Assembly: GCA_043228905.1 (NCBI GenBank)
Contig: JBHGNT010000002.1
Location: 12,028,001 to 12,092,000, forward strand
Direction of reading: 5' to 3'
Length of the DNA: 64,000 nucleotides
Origin: Azolla caroliniana
Taxonomy: Eukaryota; Plantae; Polypodiophyta
Below the pieces are notes generated by a model. The model saw nothing but the letters and a program-made list of their open reading frames with translations. It made no database searches and had not been told where the DNA came from. Positions 44,153-56,400 of the stretch are shown one piece after another (positions within the stretch are counted from its first letter, which is position 1; every line of letters begins with the position of its first letter). The position numbers were made by a program, and so were the translations under genes.

Positions 44153-47100
44153 TGTAGAAAGTAGCGTGCGGAAGCAAGTATGAAGACCGAACAGAAGGAA
44201 GGAAACTCAGGTTCAATGGAGAGCTTGGGCTTACACAGTATACGCAGGAGAGACAGAGAGAGTAGACACAAAAACTATATTCGACAATAATACTCAATCT
44301 CTGTACATAAGACGTGCTCAGTGAACACTTTTATACAAGCCCTAGAAGGACTGACTGAAGTACTGATAGTACTTCAATGCTCATCAAGAGCCCCTACACT
44401 AACTCCCAAATATATTCCTCACGGAATATCTTTCCTAACGACCTCCCGGTTTACGCACTCGGCCTAACCGATCGGTCCCAACCGATCCGGTCCTCGGCTT
44501 CTTCAGCCGATCCAGCCGATGTTGAGCTTGTCTCTCAACACTCCCCCTCAAGCTCAACTTGAGGCTCTTCGGGATCTTCACAGCACCAGTTCCTCCTGGC
44601 TTCTCGCCTCGCTCGCGCTCCTCGACCTGTTCGACTCCGCGCGCTTCGACCCTTCCGGTCGGTTTGTCTGCTCATGTGGCCCTCATCAGCTCTTCTGTTG
44701 TTGCGGTGTTGACGCTTCTTCTGCTGCCTTTTCTTCCGCTTGGGCCTCGGTTGATTCAGCGTGTTTGAATCAAACATCCGAACCGACTCGGCTACCGCCG
44801 ATCGGTTTTCGCTCTCGTCCGAGTTGGCTGTCTCCAACTCGTCTTCGGTCTTCTCGCCCTCGATGGCGTCATCTTCCCCATACGTGGTTGGCTTCGGCTC
44901 TCTCCTTTGGTTGCTCCCCTTCTGTCCGCTTCCGGACTTTTCCGCGGGTCCGCCCTCGGCTTCTTCAGCCGATCCGAAGTCGAGCTTGTCAACCGACTCG
45001 GTGTCGCGGTGTCCGCTCCTTTCCTGTTGCTTTGCTTGGTCGTTCGGGACTGTTCTCCCCCTCAAGTTCGGCACGTCAAGGTGACGCAACCCGAGCGCAC
45101 CTGAGAATTGCCGCAACTTGTCCAGACCAAGAGGCTTGGTGAAGATGTCGGCAGCCTGCCGATCCGTCGGAACGTACTGAAGTTCGACTTCACCGGAAAG
45201 GACACGCTCACGGACGAAATGGTAAACGGGAAAACGGGGTCCGTGCGTGGAAAACGGGGTTCTTCGCGAGCTAGATGTTGCTGAGGTTGTCGCAGTAGAT
45301 CGTCGTCGGATCTGACACCTCCTCTTGCAGGTCCTTAAGTAGCCGCTTCAACCATATGGCTTCGCATGTCGCGACAGTCGCTCCTCGGTACTCAGCTTCG
45401 GTGCTCGATAGTGCAACTGTCAGCTGCTTCTTACTGCTCCACGCGATCGCGGCACTCCTGAGGGAGAACGCGTATCCACACGTGGATCGGCGATCGGCGG
45501 CGTTGCCAGCCCAATCAGCATCGGTGTAGCCGACTAACCGCGTGGCTGCACCGGTCCGATATAGCAGTCCCCGGTCCTTAGTGTCGTTGACATACCGAAG
45601 TATGCGTTGCGCACACTGAAGGTGCTCCTCGGTAGGTCGCGCCATGAACTGACTGATCACCCCGACCGGATAACTGAGGTCGGGTCGGGTGATGGTCAAG
45701 TATATAAGGCTTCCGACAATTTGTCGGAACCTCGTCGGGTCGCATACCTTTCCCGTATCGGGACGAAGCTTGACGGTTCTGTCCAGAGGAGTCGAGACGG
45801 ACTTACAGTCGGCCATCCCGAGCTTGAAGAGCATACTCACCACGTAGTGACATTGGCTGATCAATATGCCTTCGGGGGTACGGATCACTTCGATCCCGAG
45901 GAAGTAATGAAGGTCCCCCAGATCCTTCATGTCGAACGATGCCGCAAGCTGGAGCTTCACACGGTCGATTTCACTGAGGTCGGCGTCGGTGATGACCAAG
46001 TCATCAACATATAGTAAAATACTAACCGGTCCGAGTCGACCTTTCCGGATGAACTGGGAAGAGTTTGATTTTGACGTGACGAAGCCCATCCGACGCAGTT
46101 GTTGCGTGATCTTCGCGTTCCAGGCACGCGGGGCTTGCATCAGTCCGTAAAGGGACTTCTTCAGTCGGCATACTGCCGAGGAGTTCGTTCCGGAGTGAAA
46201 TCCGGGGGGCTGTACCATGTACACCTGTTCCTCAAGGTCACCTTGCAGGAATGCATTCTTTACATCCATCTGATGTAAGTGCCACCCCTTGGCCGCGGCT
46301 ACTGCGAGCAAAACACGGACGGTCCTCATTTTCGCGACCGGCGCAAACGTCTCATCGTAGTCGATGTCGTGTTTCTGCGCGTAGCCCTTTGCCACTAGCC
46401 GAGCCTTGTACCGGTTGACCGAGCCATCGGTGTTGTACTTGACCCTGTACACCCACCTACACCCGATCGACTTCACACCCTTCGGTGCGTCAACCAGGTC
46501 CCAGGTCTCGTTCTCCGCCAATGCGTGCATCTCTTCCTCCATCGTGGCATGCCAATTCGCGTCTTTCGCCGCTTCTGCGTAGCTCTCCGGCTCACGCACT
46601 TCCGCTACACGGGTCATGTACGCATAATGATGCGCCATGTACTCGTTGTATCCGAACCGCACAACTGGGTTCTTCTGGCGGGTAGATCGGCGTAATCTCA
46701 CATTAGCCGATGTCGAGGCCTTCTCGGTCGACGCGGTCTTCACCTTTAAAGACCCATCACCGGTTCCCTCGGAGTCGGACTCACGTCGGTCTGACTTGTT
46801 CCTTTCCGTGCCGGAATCCGACACCTTCTTCTTCCCTTTCTCTTTGCGCGTAAGCCGTCTCCTCGGCCTCCTGCGCGGGGAATGCACGGCCGAGTCTCCA
46901 CTACTCACCGCCTCTTCATCGGACTGGTCGTACCGACTCAGTCGTCCAATCGGTCCACTTAACCGGAGTGAAATAGGACTCTCTTCGCGGGTCTCGATTT
47001 CGGGCTCATTCGAAGGCATCTCGGCCTCGCTGACCTCATCGTCAGAGCTCGTATTGGAGTCGGGGTTCCGAGTCGGGGGCAGATACCAGGACGCAGACTC

Positions 47101-49810
47101 GTCAAACACAATGTCGCGGCTGACACGCGCTTGTTTGGTGCGAGGGTTATAGCACTTATAACCCTTCTACTCGTCCGAGTAACCGACCAAGATGCACTTC
47201 TCAGCCTTTGCGTCCAGCTTCCTCCTTTTCTCCTTCGGTATATGCACATATGCAATGCTACCGAACACCCTCAAGTGTCGCAAGTTCGGCTTCGTTCTGA
47301 AATATAGCTCGTGCGCCGACACTTTGTCTCCGATCCGGTTTTGGATGTATATCGCGGTCCTTACCGCCTCGGCCCAGTAGAACTTGGGCAAGCTCTTCTC
47401 CTCCAGCATTGCCCGTGCCACTTCCACAATCAACCGATTCTTTCTCTTGGCCACGCCGTTCTGCTCTGGCGTGTATCTACAACTGAATTCGCGGCGAATT
47501 CCCATTTGTTGTAGGTAACCGTTGAATTGACCGAAAAAGTACTCTTTCCCGCCATCCGACCGCAGACACTTGATCTTTCGTCCCGTTTCGGCTTCCACGA
47601 ACCCTTTGAGGTCCCGGAAACAGTCGAAGACTTCGCTCTTCCTCTCAATGAGGTAGATCCACGTGTGCCACGTGTGGTTGTTGATGAAGGAGACGAAATA
47701 TCGGCTCCCGCCAAGATTAACGTTTTGTGCCGGCCCCCACACATCGGAGTGTATAAGGTCGAGTTTGTTCCGGCTCTAGTTCCGCTCGTTGGGGAAAGGA
47801 AGTCGGTGTTGCTTCCCGAGCTGGCAGGCTTCACAAATTTGTGCCTTTCGGCCACTAAATTTGGGCAATCCGAACACTACCTGTTTCGATTGCAGATCTT
47901 GAAGCCGTTGGTGGTTGACGTGGCCTATCCGCTTGTGCCACAAGTCGATGTCCAACTCGGTCTTTTGTCCCTTCGCGAACATTGCGGTGCCGCCGTTAGT
48001 GGAGTCGAGGATGAACATCCTCCCGTCTCTGCGCCCTTGCGCAATCACACAACCTTCTTCCTCAATGAAGCACCCGAGGTGTGTAAACCGAACCTCCATC
48101 CCTTGGTCGACGATCTGTTCGACCGAGACCAAGTTTTTCGTGATTGTCGGAACGTGCAGCACGTTCATGAGTTTCCCTTTCTGCCCGACATGGCTAAGGG
48201 GAACTTCTCCGACATTCGCGATCGGATGCGAAGTGTCGTCTCCACTTGCGACTACTCCAGGTTGTATCGGTTTTTCAAGGTACGAGAACCACTCCTTATG
48301 GCTCGTCATGTGGTTTGACGCGCCGGAGTCTACGTACCACACCTCGTTCGATCTCGGGGTGGTCTGCTTCATTGAGTTTGCTTCGTGTCTCGTCATGAAG
48401 ACAGACCCTTCTCCAGCTCTCCCGGAGTCTTTGGCGTAGTGCGATTGCTGCTGATTTCTCTTGTCGGTATGTCCGGAGCCGTTTCCGGAACCGGTTCTCT
48501 CCAAATCGGCGCGCTTCTTCCAGCACTCGCTTTCCCTGTGGCCTTTCTTGCCACAGTACCAGCACTCCGCGATGGCCTTCCCTTGCCGGTTCTCATCGCT
48601 TCGACTCCCCCTGTTTCCGGAGGGTCCGGAGTTGTTGTCGGCATCACTTCGGTGCCTTCTTCCTTGATCTCATCGGCCGCTTCCATTGCATACCGACTCC
48701 CCTTGTCCGCCACGACCACGGGGCCTTTCTCCCTCCGTGTACAACATCTTGTTGTTGGTGTGCGTGCTTGTCGACGCACCCGCGTGGTTCTCCTCTACCA
48801 GGAGCATCGACTGTAAGTTGAAAAAGGACGGCGTATTCTCCCGGGTACACACAGCCGTTCTGAACGCTCCGAACTTCGACGCCAAACCTCCGAGACAGAT
48901 CTGGACCATCTCGCTCTCCTCGATGTTCACCTCTATGGAGGCGAGGGAGTCGCAGATATCCTTGATCTTCGAGGTATAGTCCGCCACCGACAAGTCGCAT
49001 TGTCGTAGGTTGCTCAACTCCTGTCGGAGCTGAAGCTTCCTGGTTGTGGTGCTCGCGGCAAAAATCTTCTTCAGATTTTCCCGCGCATCCTTCAACGTCT
49101 TTGCATCCTGAACATAGCTCAATAGTTGTTCGCCCACACACGATGCGAAGCAGTACAATACACTGCTCGCCGATTGCTCCCACGACGGGAAGTCTCTGTG
49201 TGTCGATTCGGGTGCCGCGTCATTAGCTCCTTCGACATAACTCCAGTAGTCGTGCCCGAGCAAGTACTGGTGCATCTTGTAGGACCAAGACGTGTAGCTG
49301 GATCTGTCGAGCTTCTCTGTTGGAAGCGAGCTCGCCATGCCTCTATCCATCGTTCTTCTTGTTCTTCTTCGTCAAGCTGTGTCGGCTGCAGAGAGGTTCT
49401 CAACCCTCGCGCTTTGATACCATGTAGAAAGTAGCGTGCGGAAGCAAGTATGAAGACCGAACAGAAGGAAGGAAACTCAGGTTCAATGGAGAGCTTGGGC
49501 TTACACGGTATACGCAGGAGAGACAGAGAGAGTAGACACAAAAACTATATTCGACAATAATACTCAATCTCTGTACATAAGACGTGCTCAGTGAACACTT
49601 TTATACAAGCCCTAGAAGGACTAACCGAAGTACTGACAGTACTTCAATGCTCATCAAGAGCCCCTACACTAACTCCCAAATATATTCCTCACGGAATATC
49701 TTTCCTAACGACCTCCCGGTTTACGCACTCGGCCTAACCGATCGGTCCCAACCGATCCGGTCCTCGGCTTCTTCAGCCGATCCAGCCGATGTTGAGCTTG
49801 TCTCTCAACA
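44153..49810 (-). mobile_element. Full-length young Ty1/copia element (5658 bp)
   Basis: 388-bp LTRs 44153-44540 and 49423-49810 with 4 transitions counted by eye; PBS 49411-49422; PPT 44541-44549; perfect TSD TATTC. Confidence 0.97.
44535..49350 (-). pseudogene. Copia gag-pol with four premature stops and one frameshifting repair scar
   Basis: ORFs 48670..49350, 47776..48504, 47167..47742, 45271..47109, 44535..45116. Confidence 0.93.
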
Positions 49811-49959
49811 TATTCCCTGTTGTATAATGAAGATTTGTTTCTCCTATGGTTTTTCCATGTTAAACATTGCGTATTGTGCATCTGCTATTTTCTGTTTTCC
49901 ACATATTGAGTATTTCATAGTCAATCTTCCTCACAAATCATAGGGACCAAATCCCATCA

Positions 49960-50450
49960 AAGCCTGACACTAATTAGCCTATGTTAGGCCTATTTACTAA
50001 AATATGCTTATACACCTACGACACTTCGGATTGGCTTCTACAGCCTTTCCGTTATCTGGTTCGGTATCTGACATCCATCCACCATCCACATCCGGCATTC
50101 GGCTTCTTCAATTGGTCTGACATCCAGCCTAGAACCCAGTTTGAAACTTAGACTCACCAGCTTAAGTGGGACTAGTAGGCTGGATCATATCCGACCTGAC
50201 TTGCTGACTTGTTCAGTCGATCCAGCCCATGTTGAGCTTGCTCACTCAACACTTGCGTAGCCCGTACAAGGGCTCGACTATGTGAGCGTAGTGTGTAATC
50301 CAAATGTGGTAGAATGCACAAGCACCAAGAAATCGCCTCACTTCTGTTTGCGATTTGCATTCTTCTTTCATTTTTGTGATGGCATCCACCTTTTTCCGGG
50401 GATGGCTTCCATCCATACACCTGCATAAGTGTCCTGCCACAATAATCTAT
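49960..50450 (-). mobile_element. Copia LTR remnant (outer end 50251) abutting a gypsy RT fragment (50252-50450)
   Basis: TGTTGAGTGAGCAAGCTCAACA terminus; EVRRFLGACAFYHIWI..EPLYGL. Confidence 0.65.
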
Positions 50451-50499
50451 GGTTAGCTAAATGTCAATTTCTCACCCGAGAAGGTTAAGTGTGCATCTT

Positions 50500-53163
50500 C
50501 TAATCAATGTAGGACCTTCTCACAATCAGAGATGTGATCTGCCACAAAACGTCTCTGATTGCCAATGGTCAACATTCCCAATGTTTGTTGAAGCCAGATC
50601 AGTTCCATATCTTTGCGACATGCATGCTAGACAAGGACTCTCTACTCAAGGAGATAGTGAAAGCATTGTCGACCGAAAATTTCACAAATGAAATTAAGGT
50701 AAGCCTTAATAACCTATACAAAGAGAAGAATAGGGTAGATCTCCTTTGGTTCAAAATCGAGCATGGATTCCTTTATCAAGACAAACCATCAGTGACTTGA
50801 ACTAAAGAGGATGGGTTATGGGCTTCCAACATTGAAACCATGTGTTTATACATGTGGTTGTTTTGCGTATCTAACATTAAATATTTAGGTGACATTAAAT
50901 ACTCAATAGTAGTTAACCTATTGGTAAATACAATGCTTTAAACTCTGAAGGTGCAAAGTTGGAATCTTGCCTTCCACAAATATACCTTTGTGGCACGTTA
51001 GGCCTACATACTCATATTCTTATTTTATTCCCTATCCAGACGTTGAAGGAGGATGAGGTTTGGTCGAGAAGGAGAAGGTTTCAACTTCTCACCCGATGGT
51101 TGGAATCACGATCCGAAAACCTAGCACAAACTTTGCTACAAATTATTTCCCATTGGTGGTGTGAGTTTATCAATGTGGTGATTCAAGGACTCATCCTTAA
51201 TTTGCTTTGAATTGTGTAAATTTGTGCTCCAAGCTCAGATTTCATAGCCAAAAAATCTAGCGTGATCCTGAATAGCATTAGATAATAGATTACATAATTT
51301 AATTTTATATGGGTCTTAAAAAGTAGGATACATCAAAGGTTTTATCTTAATCATATACAACAACATTATCATGACTCCTTTACATGGAGTGTCTTAGAAG
51401 GATAGATAAAGACGTTAGAGATGTAGGATTTGTGGGTAGAGCTTTGGAGGGATATCCTTGAATTTTTATTTAGAGGACCATCGAGATAGCTTTGTATTCT
51501 CTTGTCGTTGTTGGTCTCTAACAACCTCTTGATTTGCTACTCCAAGCTTGTTAGAGATTTTGGTAGCGCATCCACCTTGATCCAAAAACCCCCCTTTTGC
51601 AAGGAGGTTTCTTCTCCCTTATATAGGTTCTAAGAGGCCCCTTATTAAAATAGTAAGTTTCTTTTTGTGGCACTTGACCTTGACATTGGAGTGATGCAAA
51701 ACTTTACGTCCCTTTTTGTTTTTACCACGTACCTCCACCATACACCTTGATCTTTGACAATTGAGCTAAGTATTTTTTATATCTTCCACTTCACCTTGTC
51801 TCATGACTTTATTTCCATATATCTACCTTGTCCTTCAATATTTATATATATTTAATTTAATTTATTTCCTCAAGTGTGTTCCTCACATCATAACAACATA
51901 ATGCAATCATAACAACATAATGCAAAAGTGCCACGATGACCCACTCTCTAACCATTTCATAGTCACAAAAACCTTAAAATTACTCTCTTAAGGATATTGG
52001 TGGCCTCAACCATGGAATTTTATCAAAGAATCCATCAAGACATGTGATACTTGTTCTCAATCCAAAGTATCACACCTATGCAATCAACTCCAACCACTCC
52101 CCATTCCAAGTAGGCTTCGGCCAACTACCTCTATGGATTTCGACACTGACTTACCTCAAGTTAGTAGATTTGACTTAGTGCTAGAAACAGTAGACCGTTT
52201 TATCAAGATGGTTCACTTTGCCCCTTGAGCCAAAACTATTTTGGGGAAAGAGACAATAGAGATATTTTTAAAAAATGTAGTTCAACTACACATGCTACCA
52301 GACAACATCACTTCAATTTGGGGATCTCAATTCGTCTCTCATTTCTAGAGACGACTCCTCCAAACATTTGGCACTTTAATGAATCTATCTTCAGCTTATT
52401 ATCTGCAAATTGATGGCCAATAGAGCAAATTAACCCAAATTCTAGAACAATACCTTTAGTGCTTTATTAGTTACAAACCAAGTAATTGGATCGACCTCTT
52501 CCCAATGGAAAATTTTGCTTACAACAACTCACTACATGGGTTGACCGAAGTTAACCCGTTTTTTGAACACTACGTCCACCAATTGAATTGTTCACAGGGG
52601 AGTAGTATGAGATTGACAAGATACTTGACCCTTGCCTCCATTAACTTCAATCCCTTGTTTTGTGGAAAGGGTATCCAATCTTGAAAGCAACATGGGAGTC
52701 GACCACTGATGTGGCCCATGATTTTCATCAACAATATACACACAAATTGAGACAAAGTTTTAGAGAACGACCTTAAAGCGAGGATAATCTCACAAACATG
52801 AATCGAATTCCCAACCTCCCATGTTATAACCAAGTGTCACATCGAATGCATCTCAATGCATTATGTAGTTATATGTAATATTTGTACATTTAGAGTAGTC
52901 TTATCATTCTAGAAAACTCTAAAATTTATAGAAACTTTTGGAGCATTCTTGCATATTTCAAAATATTCTTTGCCTATATGCATTACTTTTCCTACACATA
53001 ATTCTGCGGAACATGTATAAATATGTGTTCATCTTGATCCCAATGAAGGTGAACAACACCGGTTGCGGAATCATAAGGACAATTCATTTTTTCTCTCTCA
53101 ATATCTTGTCTCTTGTCTCACATTCCATGTCTCCTTTTTGCTTGACTCTAGTTATTCGTGACA
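50500..53163 (+). pseudogene. Highly decayed chromoviral gypsy relic (integrase, chromodomain, probable 3' LTR 52835-53163), interrupted by an LTR-like insert (~51000-51887)
   Basis: YWWP..TCDTC, LQPLPIP..SMDFDTDLP..VDRF.KMVHF (51930-52230); chromodomain YEIDKILD..WKGYP..ATWE (52600-52700); TGTCAC...GTGACA termini. Confidence 0.7.
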
Positions 53164-53459
53164 TGAGATAGCTTTTTGACATAGACTTTGACGGGAGTTT
53201 TTGTTCTATTCCCCTTTCCTTTAATGTTTCTTTGAGATTAGTGTTGATGTCTTTATGGATCATTGCACAAATTTAGAGGGGATGGATGTCATTAAGCGAT
53301 TCCTCTATGACATGAAAACAATTTGAAATAAAATTTCCAATGCCATTTATGAGGCTCTATCCCATAACCTCACATAACCCCATGTGTAATCCAATAAGAT
53401 ATAAATGTTTCTATAAATATATGTTCTTATCATTCTAATTATGTCATATACATCATTCC

Positions 53460-56400
53460 TGTTGAGAATCAAGCTCAACTTGGTCTAGTGTGTGAACTCA
53501 CCTTGAGAGTGAATAGACACTCCAACAGTCAAGAGTCACCATTATGTCACCACTTTGTATTCTAGCATTTAGTATGAGTCATAGAATCATATTCTATGAC
53601 ACATAACTTATGAGCTTTCACATTCCCCATGCTCCATGAGTCTTGTAGTTAATGAAGACAGAGGGTGACTATATAAAGCACTCTCCTCCCACCTTGTATA
53701 ACGTTGAGTCTTTCTCCTTTGTTAATATACTTTACCTTGCATATTCTCTGTGTCTTACTCATTGTCTCTCTCACACACACACTCTCTCTCATACACACAC
53801 ACAGTTCACATCTATTCCGCTGCACAAAATCCATCTCTTGATTCTTTACATGGTATCAGAGCGACTTGGTAGCTCGATCTAGCCCATCCGCGTGCGCTAT
53901 GTCCTACGCCGACGACCAAGAACCAGCTCATCACTATCGTAGCTTCGCTACATAGCTCGCATTCGAAGAGAGAAGAGGAAGAAGAAGAAGAAGAATCGAC
54001 ATAATGAATACTAAAATGGGGAGCGCTCTCCCTACCGAGAAGTTGGATCGAAACAACTTCGCATCTTGGGAGTACAAGATGCACCAATACCTTGTCGGAC
54101 AAGGCTATCGGAGCTACATCAAAGGAGCGCACGAAGACCGACCCGTCGAAACGGCTCCTGGAAACGCGACATGGGAGCAAGCCACAAGTCGCGTGATGTA
54201 TTGCTTGGCAACATTTGTTCACGATCACATGCTTGGCTACATTCGTGAAGCCAAGACGCCGAAGGAGGCATGGGAAAATCTACGAAAGATTTTCGCGGCG
54301 AACACAACCGCAAGAAGGCTTCAACTCCGCCAAGAGTTGAACAACATTCAACAAAGGGACATGTCCATCACGACATACACTGTGAAGATCAAGGAGTTTT
54401 GCAACTCGCTCGACTCGATAAGCGTAAATATCGATGATGATGAGGTGGTGCAAATATGCCTCGGCAGCCTCACACCACGGTTCGGCGCGATGCGAACTAC
54501 CATTCTAGCAAGGGAGAAATCTCCCTCCTTCTTCGAGCTCCAATCAATGCTATTGGTCGAAGAAAACCACGTGTGTACAAGGAGCAATGAGTCGGAAGGT
54601 CACATGCTCTACACGCACTCGAACGGAGGAAGAGGACACGGACGAGCGAGAGGCCAATTCGGACAAGGACAAGGCGGACGAGGTCCGACCTACGACAACA
54701 ACTCCCAATTTCGGCCGCAAAACTGAAGCCAACGAGGAACCTTCGCAAGAAGGGTGAGCTTCCACTACAACCCGAGCCGTCAAAACACAACTGAATGCGG
54801 ATATTGCGGAAAGCACGACCACCACGAAGAAGAGTGCCAAAAGAAGATGCACGAATCGGTTTCCACAAGCCGACAACTCACGAATTACGCGCACAATTCC
54901 GACTACGAAGAGTATAGCGGAATGTACGAGCACAACTCTGACTATGAAGACCGTGGCGGAATGTTCATGATGAAACATAGAGCAAACTCTATGTCGGCCT
55001 CTACCTCAACTAGTGCCCTCAATCCGGAGGACGTATGGTTTGTTGACTCCGGAGCCTCAAACCATATGACATCTCATAAAGAATGGTTTCTCGAACTTTG
55101 AGAGCCGGAGCGACCCGGTTATGTCGAAACCGGAGATGACACTACACACCCGATTCGGCACATCGGCAATGTTCCGTTCGGCAAAAGAGGTAAGCAAACA
55201 TACATTAAAAATGTTTTGCATGTTCCCACCATCACGAAGAACTTGGTCTCGGTCAACCAAATGGTTGAGCAAGTGATGCAAGTACGATTCGACCAAGAAG
55301 GGTGCTTCATCGAAAAAGAGGTTGAATCATCGCGCGCGGAAGAAGAGAGGGCCGGATGTTCATTCTCAATTCACACGAGATGAAATCCACCATGTTCGCA
55401 AAAAGCACGAAAGCCGACTCCGACATAGAGCTATGGCACAAGCGAATCGACCACATCAATCTCAACAAACTCAAAGCAATGAAATCGAAAGGAGTTGTCA
55501 TCGGACTCCCGACATTCAAAGAGAAGGAGATTGAAGGTGTATGCGAAGCGTGCCAATTTGGCAAGCAACACCGACACCCATTCCCGAAAGAGCGGAACGT
55601 GAGCAAAGGTCTACTCGACGTAGTCCATTCCGACGTATGCGGACCGGCGCAGACGGCTACATTCGGCGGGTGCCGATATTACATTCTCTTCATCGACGAC
55701 TTCTCCAGGCACACGTGGCTCTATCCAATGCGTCAAAAGAGCGAAGTGTTCGGACACTTCCAAAAGTTTAAAAATGAAGTCGAAAAAGCCACTGGTCGTC
55801 ATGTACGATGCCTTCAATTGGATGGCGGAAAGGAGTACTTCTCGGACGATTTCATGGCGTATCTCTGAAAGGAAGGAATTCGGTGAGAATTCACTTGCCA
55901 ACACACTCCACAACAAAACAGAGTAGCCAAGCGCAAAAATCGGCACATCCTCGAAGTAGCGCGGGCCATGATGAATGAGAAGCATATGCCCAAGTCATAT
56001 TGGGCCGAAGCTACAAATACGACCGTCTACCTAATGAACCATTGCACAAAATCCGGAGTGCATGAGGTCACTCTACACAAAAAATACTTTGGAAAAAAGC
56101 TGGACTTATAGCACACCCGGATATTCGGCGTGATAGCATACGTGCACATACCCGACGAAAAGCGGCAAAAGCTAGATCCAAAGTCAGAGAAATGTATCCT
56201 CGTAGGATACTCACTTGAACAAAAGGGGTACAAATGCTACAACCCATCTACCCGAAAAGTTCGAGTAAGTCGAGACGTCATGTTCGACGAATCCGCATCC
56301 TGGTACGCACCAAAGAAGATTCCGACTTCGACCCCGATCGACGCGGAACCAACCAAACAAGAGCGAGAAGGTGGAGATCGCCTCGAAGACATGTTCAAAG

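Larger units (their letters stand above)
43941..49940 (+). mobile_element. Old Tork-like LTR fragment (43941-44152 plus 49816-~49940) split by a copia insertion
   Basis: GTATAAATATACTTAGGGCAAAC and GGTTTTTCCATGTTAAACAT match the reverse complement of Tork LTR motifs. Confidence 0.6.

Noticed and set aside
47527-48318. Long antisense ORFs over pol genes (also 8097..8633, 16342..17037, 25670..26497)
   Set aside because: Shadow ORFs of GC-rich coding strands with no recognisable motifs
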